Source: Treponemataceae bacterium (GTDB lineage: Bacteria; Spirochaetota; Spirochaetia; Treponematales; Rectinemataceae). From it: a DNA stretch of 12,091 bases. Where the stretch lies: the NCBI GenBank assembly GCA_963677895.2, contig CAXXGJ010000032.1:1-12091 (forward strand), given 5' to 3'. Under the pieces are notes generated by a model that did no database searches, was not told the origin of the DNA, and saw only the letters and a list, made by a program, of their open reading frames with translations. The position numbers were made by a program, and so were the translations under genes. This document shows, piece after piece, positions 7,513 through 12,091 of this stretch; position 1 is the stretch's first letter; each line of letters opens with the position of its first letter.

Positions 7513-8301
7513 ATGACCGCTAAAAAACTATCTGAAAAAGAAAAACCTACCGACAAATCCACCTCCGCCGTAGTGCGCACGATGGCCGTGCTTGAAGCCT
7601 TATCGGAAGGCGGATTCTTTTCATTTGAAACGCTGTCTGAGCGTGTTGGCTTGGCAAAACCCACGCTTTTCAGGTTTCTGAAGACTTTGAAGACGCTCGG
7701 TTATGTATCGCAAAGCGAGGATTCCAAATATTCTCTTAGCTTAAAAATGCTCAATGTGGGCTCGAAAGCCTTGGAATCGATGGATCTCTACGAGGTGTCG
7801 AGAAACGTCATCAAGCGACTGGCGGCTCATTTCAAGGAGACCGTCCATCTCGCGATAATGGTGGACGAAAAAGTCGCCTATATCCAGAAAGTGGAATCCA
7901 AGTATACGATCCGGATGTATTCCACGATAGGAAAACAGGCCCCGCTTTACTGTACTTCACTGGGGAAATCGCTTCTCGCATGGGAACCGAACCAGCAGGA
8001 GATATTAGAACGGATCAACCTTGTGCCCTATACGAAGAACACGATAATCACCAGACAAAATCTTGAGCTTGAACTTGCGAAAACTCGGGAACGAGGATAC
8101 TCGATAGACGATGAGGAACACGAGGCGGACATCCACTGCCTAGGAGCCCCCATTTTCGATTACTCCGGCTCTCCAATCGCCGCCATCAGCGTCGCATGGC
8201 CGATCTTTCGCTACGATGCCGCCAAGGAAGCGCAAAACGCTCTCATCATTATCAAGGCCGCAAACGAGATATCTCACCTTATGGGGAATGAACACCGATG
8301 A
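7513..8301 (+). CDS. kdgR: IclR-family transcriptional regulator, KdgR-like
   Basis: 262 aa; N-terminal wHTH (KPTLFRFLKTLKTLGYVSQ..KYSLSLK), KETVHLA, YIQKVESKYTIRMYSTIG, PLYCTSLGKSLLAW, RGYSIDDEE, CLGAPIFD. By recollection these segments closely parallel E. coli KdgR (FLQTMKTLGYVAQ, KYSLTLK, LRMYSRIG). Context includes kdgK and eda. The symbol is tentative. Confidence 0.85.
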   Translation: MTAKKLSEKEKPTDKSTSAVVRTMAVLEALSEGGFFSFETLSERVGLAKPTLFRFLKTLKTLGYVSQSEDSKYSLSLKMLNVGSKALESMDLYEVSRNVIKRLAAHFKETVHLAIMVDEKVAYIQKVESKYTIRMYSTIGKQAPLYCTSLGKSLLAWEPNQQEILERINLVPYTKNTIITRQNLELELAKTRERGYSIDDEEHEADIHCLGAPIFDYSGSPIAAISVAWPIFRYDAAKEAQNALIIIKAANEISHLMGNEHR

Positions 8302-9401
8302 TGCAATTGAAAAATTCAAAGACCCTGCCTTCGCCGGCTCTGTTGTTCTATGAAGACGCGATTCGGGAGAATTTCGCCGAAGCCGTCAGGATAGCCGGTT
8401 CGCCAAAACGCCTGCGCCCTCATATCAAGACTCACAAGACCGCGGAAATCGTGCGCATCGCCATGGCGTACGGCATAACGAAATTCAAGTGCGCAACCAT
8501 CGCGGAAGCCGAGATGCTCGCCAAAACCGGAGCCCTCGATATTTTCGTCGCCTATACCCTTGTCGGAAGGAATGCTGAACGCCTCATCGAGTTGGCGATA
8601 AAGTATCCCAAGGCTAAATTTTCCGTACTTGTCGATAATATTGAGACGGCAGGGAACCTTGAGAGGCTCGTTTACTCGGCCGGCATCAAAATAGGAGCAT
8701 TTCTCGATCTGGACGTTGGACAGCACCGTACCGGGATCAGCCCCGGACCTGAGGCGCTGGAGCTTTACAGGTTCTTCGCCGCATGTCGTGGATTATATCC
8801 TTCAGGGCTTCACTGCTATGATGGCCACAACCATCAGCATGATTACGGCGAGCGCATGACTGCCGCGAAATACTGCTATAGGCTCATGGAATCGTTTCGT
8901 GTTCAGCTCGTTGGAGCAGGCATGTCCATCCCTGAAGTCGTCATAGGGGGTACGCCCACATTCCCCTGCTACGCGACGATGGAAGGCGTCACGCTTTCGC
9001 CTGGCACCTGTTTCCTCCAAGACTACAACTACGCCTCGAGCTTTCCAGACCTTCGCTTCAAGAATGCCGCCATACTTTTTACGCGGGTCATCAGCAGGAA
9101 TGAAAAGCTCAGGACGTTTACGATCGATCTTGGCTACAAAGGCATTTCTTCCGATCCCCAGGGACTCCGTGGGCTGATCCTCGACCATGAAGGATCTGAG
9201 CCGGTGCTGCAGAACGAAGAGCATTGGGTCTTTACGGCTCCCGGGAAAGGATTACCCGTAATCGGCGAGGAAGTCTATGTCATTCCTACGCACATCTGCC
9301 CGACGGTCGCGCTGTACGAGCGAGCCCATATCATCAATGCCGATGGCGTATGTTACACCGAATGGAAAATCGCCGCGCGGGACAGAAGCATAGGCATCTA
9401 G
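8298..9401 (+). CDS. Fold-type III (alanine-racemase-like) PLP enzyme, D-threonine aldolase / D-serine dehydratase (DSD1) family
   Basis: 367 aa; SPALL, RLRPHIKTHK (PLP Lys), KCATIAEAEML, DLDVGQHRTG, GLHCYDGH, GGTPTF, SPGT, DLGYKGIS, NEEH, PTHICPTV (metal-binding His/Cys). ATGA overlap with the regulator; alternative start at 8301. Confidence 0.9.
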   Translation: MMQLKNSKTLPSPALLFYEDAIRENFAEAVRIAGSPKRLRPHIKTHKTAEIVRIAMAYGITKFKCATIAEAEMLAKTGALDIFVAYTLVGRNAERLIELAIKYPKAKFSVLVDNIETAGNLERLVYSAGIKIGAFLDLDVGQHRTGISPGPEALELYRFFAACRGLYPSGLHCYDGHNHQHDYGERMTAAKYCYRLMESFRVQLVGAGMSIPEVVIGGTPTFPCYATMEGVTLSPGTCFLQDYNYASSFPDLRFKNAAILFTRVISRNEKLRTFTIDLGYKGISSDPQGLRGLILDHEGSEPVLQNEEHWVFTAPGKGLPVIGEEVYVIPTHICPTVALYERAHIINADGVCYTEWKIAARDRSIGI

Positions 9402-9452
9402 CAGATCCAGCCAGTTTTATCGGCATGAATACTTTTCGAAGAGGAGATGTAT

Positions 9453-9911
9453 ATGAGTGCGATTGAAAATCTCAAGAAATTAGGGTATGCGATTCCGGAA
9501 CTGCCGCCGCTGGGCGGTCTTTACATGAGAATGAAGCGAGTCGGCAATTTAGCCTATGTATCCGGTCAAGGCTGCACTGTGAAGGGCGAGCCGGTATTCA
9601 AGGGGAAGCTGGGCGCGAATATCACCCTTGAGCAGGGGCAGGAGGCGGCCAGAATCTGCGTACTCAACGCCTTGGCGGTGCTACAGGATTCGCTCGGATC
9701 GCTCAATAAAGTGAAAAATGTCGTAAAAGTGCTTGGCTTCGTAGCCAGCGTTCCAGGGTTCAATAGCCAGCCGGCGGTCATCAACGGCTGCTCCCAGTTG
9801 CTTATCGATGTATTCGGCGATGCCGGCAGGCATGCTCGCTCCGCTATCGGCACCAACGAGTTGCCGGGCGACATTCCCGTCGAGATCGAATTCATATTTG
9901 AGGTCGAGTGA
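9453..9911 (+). CDS. Rid (RidA/YjgF/UK114) family protein, Rid1-like; probable imine/enamine deaminase
   Basis: 152 aa from ATG 9453 (GAGGAG RBS at 9441-9446); GNLAYVSGQG, GKLG, VKVLGFVAS, QPAVINGCSQLL, GRHARSAIG (catalytic Arg retained), LPGDIPVEIE. Confidence 0.9.
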   Translation: MSAIENLKKLGYAIPELPPLGGLYMRMKRVGNLAYVSGQGCTVKGEPVFKGKLGANITLEQGQEAARICVLNALAVLQDSLGSLNKVKNVVKVLGFVASVPGFNSQPAVINGCSQLLIDVFGDAGRHARSAIGTNELPGDIPVEIEFIFEVE

Positions 9912-9951
9912 GATACAAACGCTTTTTCGCCAACGTTACAGGGGGATTTGA

Positions 9952-10611
9952 ATGGATACCGTATTTGGGGACGATCGGGTTAATGAGTTGAAGGCCAAAG
10001 GCCTCATCGCGGTTATGGTGATCGAAGATGCCGCTGACGCCGTACCTGTGGCGCGAGCCCTGGTCGAGGGAGGCGTCACGGCCATGGAACTGACGCTCCG
10101 CACCCCCTCGGCTATGGATGCGCTGGACCGGATAGTTCGCGAGGTGCCCGAAATGATGGCGGGAGTGGGGACAATCCTTTCGCCGGCGCAAGTGCGAACG
10201 GTGGCGTCATTGAAAGCCGACTTCGGCGTATCGCCTGGACTGAACAGGAGTGTGGTAGAGGAAGCCATAAAAATCGGCTTGCCCTTCGCGCCTGGAGTAT
10301 CCACCGCTTCGGAAATTGAGGCCGGCATTGAGATGGGCTGCCGCGTGCTGAAGTTTTTCCCCGCCGAGAACATGGGCGGGCTGAAGTATCTTGATGCGGT
10401 GAACAATCCCTATGGCTTTCTCGGATTGCAGTATATCCCCTTGGGCGGCCTGAATATGCAGAACCTCGCAAGCTGGCTGGAAAAAGACTATATCCTGGCC
10501 GTCGGAGGTTCATGGATCGCGCCGAAAAACCTCATCAAGCAAAAGGCATGGGGAACCATACGTGAAAATGCCATTCAGGCAATGAAGGTTTTCCACGACG
10601 TGAGAGGATGA
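9952..10611 (+). CDS. eda: 2-keto-3-deoxy-6-phosphogluconate / 4-hydroxy-2-oxoglutarate aldolase (Eda family)
   Basis: 219 aa; ELTLRT (catalytic Glu/Arg), GVGTIL, VSPG, PGVSTASE, LKFFPAE (Schiff-base Lys), PLGG, AVGGSWI. Confidence 0.92.
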   Translation: MDTVFGDDRVNELKAKGLIAVMVIEDAADAVPVARALVEGGVTAMELTLRTPSAMDALDRIVREVPEMMAGVGTILSPAQVRTVASLKADFGVSPGLNRSVVEEAIKIGLPFAPGVSTASEIEAGIEMGCRVLKFFPAENMGGLKYLDAVNNPYGFLGLQYIPLGGLNMQNLASWLEKDYILAVGGSWIAPKNLIKQKAWGTIRENAIQAMKVFHDVRG

Positions 10612-10617
10612 GTGAAG

Positions 10618-11709
10618 ATGAGCGAGTTTGTTACTTTCGGGGAAATAATGGCCAGGATCGATATGCCTGGCAAGAAACGATTCAGGCAAGCTCTGCCCGG
10701 CAACGTCGAGATAAGCTTCGCGGGAGCCGAAGCCAACGTCGCGGCTTTTCTGTCCTATGTAGGCAGAAGCGCCGCTTTCGTCACCGCTCTGCCCAAAAAT
10801 GATATTGCCGAAGCATGCATCGGGATCCTGCGGAATGTCGGAATCGAGACAGGACATATAGTCAGGATGGAAGAGGGACGCCTCGGCACCTATTATGTAG
10901 AGGAAGGGGCGAATCAACGTCCAAGCAAGGTGATCTATGATAGAGGCTGGTCATCCGTGAGCATGGCCTCTTCTGATGCCTACGCGTGGGAGGAAATTTT
11001 TAGCGGCGTGCGCTGGTATCATTTTACGGGCATTACTCCGGCGCTTTCCCGGACTGCCGCGGACACTATGCTCTTTGCGGCGAAAGCGGCGAAGAAAAAA
11101 GGCATCACCGTTTCCTGCGACTTGAATTTCCGGAAGAATCTATGGAAATGGGAAAAGGGAATGGCTTCCAACGAATTGGCTAGCAAGGTTATGAGGGAAG
11201 TCCTGCCCTACGTAGATGTTCTCATCGGCAACGAAGAGGACGCCAGCGACGTGCTTGGCATTAAAGCGGGCGACACGGATGTCACATCGGGTAGGCTGCG
11301 CATACAGAGCTACCCCGAAGTGGCCTCGAAGATAGCGTCCATGTTCCCGAATATAAAAAAGATCGCCTTTACGTTGCGCGAAAGCATCTCGGCGAGTCAT
11401 AACCGATGGGGAGCCATGCTCTATGACACCGTTATGGGGAAGGCGTTTTTCGCTCCGGAATCAGGCGGGAAATATAGTCCCTACGAGATAACCGACATCG
11501 TAGACAGGATTGGCGGCGGCGACTCATTTTCGGCGGCGCTTGTCTATGCGCTATGCACGCCTGAACTGGCGCAGGATGCAGTCGCGGTCCGCTTTGCGGC
11601 AGCCGCAAGCTGTCTGAATCATTCGATCAGGGGCGACTTTAATTACTCCAGCAAGGATGAAATACTCGCCTTGATGAGGGGCGATGCCTCCGGACGCGTC
11701 AAGAGATAA
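10618..11709 (+). CDS. kdgK: PfkB-family sugar kinase, 2-keto-3-deoxygluconate kinase type
   Basis: About 363 aa (ATG 10618; GTG 10612 is an alternative); VTFGEIMAR, FAGAEANVA, RLGTYYVEEGA..RPSKVIYDR, HFTGITPALS, DLNFRKNLW, GNEEDA, PfkB signature IVDRIGGGDSF; adjacent to eda. Confidence 0.9.
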   Translation: MSEFVTFGEIMARIDMPGKKRFRQALPGNVEISFAGAEANVAAFLSYVGRSAAFVTALPKNDIAEACIGILRNVGIETGHIVRMEEGRLGTYYVEEGANQRPSKVIYDRGWSSVSMASSDAYAWEEIFSGVRWYHFTGITPALSRTAADTMLFAAKAAKKKGITVSCDLNFRKNLWKWEKGMASNELASKVMREVLPYVDVLIGNEEDASDVLGIKAGDTDVTSGRLRIQSYPEVASKIASMFPNIKKIAFTLRESISASHNRWGAMLYDTVMGKAFFAPESGGKYSPYEITDIVDRIGGGDSFSAALVYALCTPELAQDAVAVRFAAAASCLNHSIRGDFNYSSKDEILALMRGDASGRVKR

Positions 11710-11743
11710 AGACTAATTGACCATAAAAAGGTTGATTTAGTCT
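11710..11743. terminator. Imperfect hairpin between convergent kdgK and C45 genes; possible bidirectional terminator
   Basis: AGACTAATTGACC (11710-11722) pairs with GGTTGATTTAGTCT (11730-11743) on the plus strand using two G-U pairs and one bulge; it fills the whole intergenic gap. Weak and AT-rich. Confidence 0.35.
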
Positions 11744-12091
11744 GAAATTACAATTTTTTCAAATGTCGAATGGCATGGATTACCTACGGTAAACCAAAGG
11801 CTTTTCGAATCAAGATCTACATAGAAGGAAATTAGCGTTTCCCAGCGAGCCTCAATGGGAGAAGACTCGTCTTGATGTCTGCAAATTGAATTAGGAAATC
11901 CTGCATGGTCTCGCAGCCCTATTTCAATCGCTTCATTCGTCGTTTCTGCTTTACATTGAAGCAGATGTTTTTTAAGTCGTTCCGTCCGGCTGAAGGTATC
12001 AGGTAGGAGAATACATCCGATATCTTTATCATTGTCGCGGAGGAACAGAAAATGATTAGAATGTACTAAGACACCATTTGTAGGGCTAATG
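11737..12091 (-). CDS. C45-family autoproteolytic acyltransferase/hydrolase (Ntn-hydrolase, AAT-like), C-terminal 117 aa; 5' part outside the window
   Basis: Manual minus-strand translation (frame from 12090): ISPTNGVLVHSNHFL...LLPDTFSRTERL...GLRDHAGFPNSICRHQDE...WETLISFYVDLDSKSLWFTVGNPCHSTFEKIVISD*, stop TAA at 11739-11737. HxNHF, DxxxRxxR, L.DH...P.SICRH, T..S...DL and G.PC are characteristic of C45 C-termini. Not in the ORF track. Confidence 0.8.
   Translation of the reverse strand, partial: ISPTNGVLVHSNHFLFLRDNDKDIGCILLPDTFSRTERLKKHLLQCKAETTNEAIEIGLRDHAGFPNSICRHQDESSPIEARWETLISFYVDLDSKSLWFTVGNPCHSTFEKIVISD

Noticed and set aside
9425..9440. ATGAATACTTTTCGAA upstream of the Rid gene as a third operator
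   Set aside because: Half-site spacing is 2 bp shorter than in the two boxes and no promoter is evident.
8316..11400. Minus-strand and alternate-frame ORFs over the lyase-rid-eda-kdgK operon
   Set aside because: They overlap confidently assigned genes and have no recognisable domains or translation signals.
11743..11761. TGAAA-N9-TTTCA as an operator
   Set aside because: Wrong spacing, and it lies within the 3' end of the C45 coding sequence.

Overview
A compact, apparently co-regulated bacterial catabolic cluster of two divergent transcription units. Unit 1: a COG3964/Atu3266-EF0837-like metallo-amidohydrolase (minus strand, 3' end outside the window, absent from the ORF track) diverges from a five-gene peptide/nickel-type ABC importer (SBP, 2 permeases, 2 ATPases). 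The SBP gene has a frameshift near 1845-1856. Unit 2: a SelA-like/DgaE-family PLP enzyme (minus) diverges from an operon encoding a KdgR-like IclR regulator, a fold-type III D-threonine-aldolase/D-serine-dehydratase-like PLP enzyme, a Rid-family imine deaminase, an Eda-type aldolase and a KdgK-type kinase. The 3' end of a lower-GC C45-family Ntn-hydrolase gene converges at the right edge (also absent from the ORF track). Both divergent intergenic regions carry the same KdgR-box-like palindrome between back-to-back sigma70-like promoters. Together the genes suggest (inference) a PTS-independent, ABC-fed route for an N-acylated 2-amino-sugar acid such as N-acetyl-D-glucosaminate: deacylation, PLP-dependent deamination to a 2-keto-3-deoxy acid, phosphorylation, aldol cleavage. 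It has two unrelated PLP enzymes and an aldolase with a non-canonical stereo-determinant residue. No RNA genes, CRISPR arrays or mobile elements were seen.
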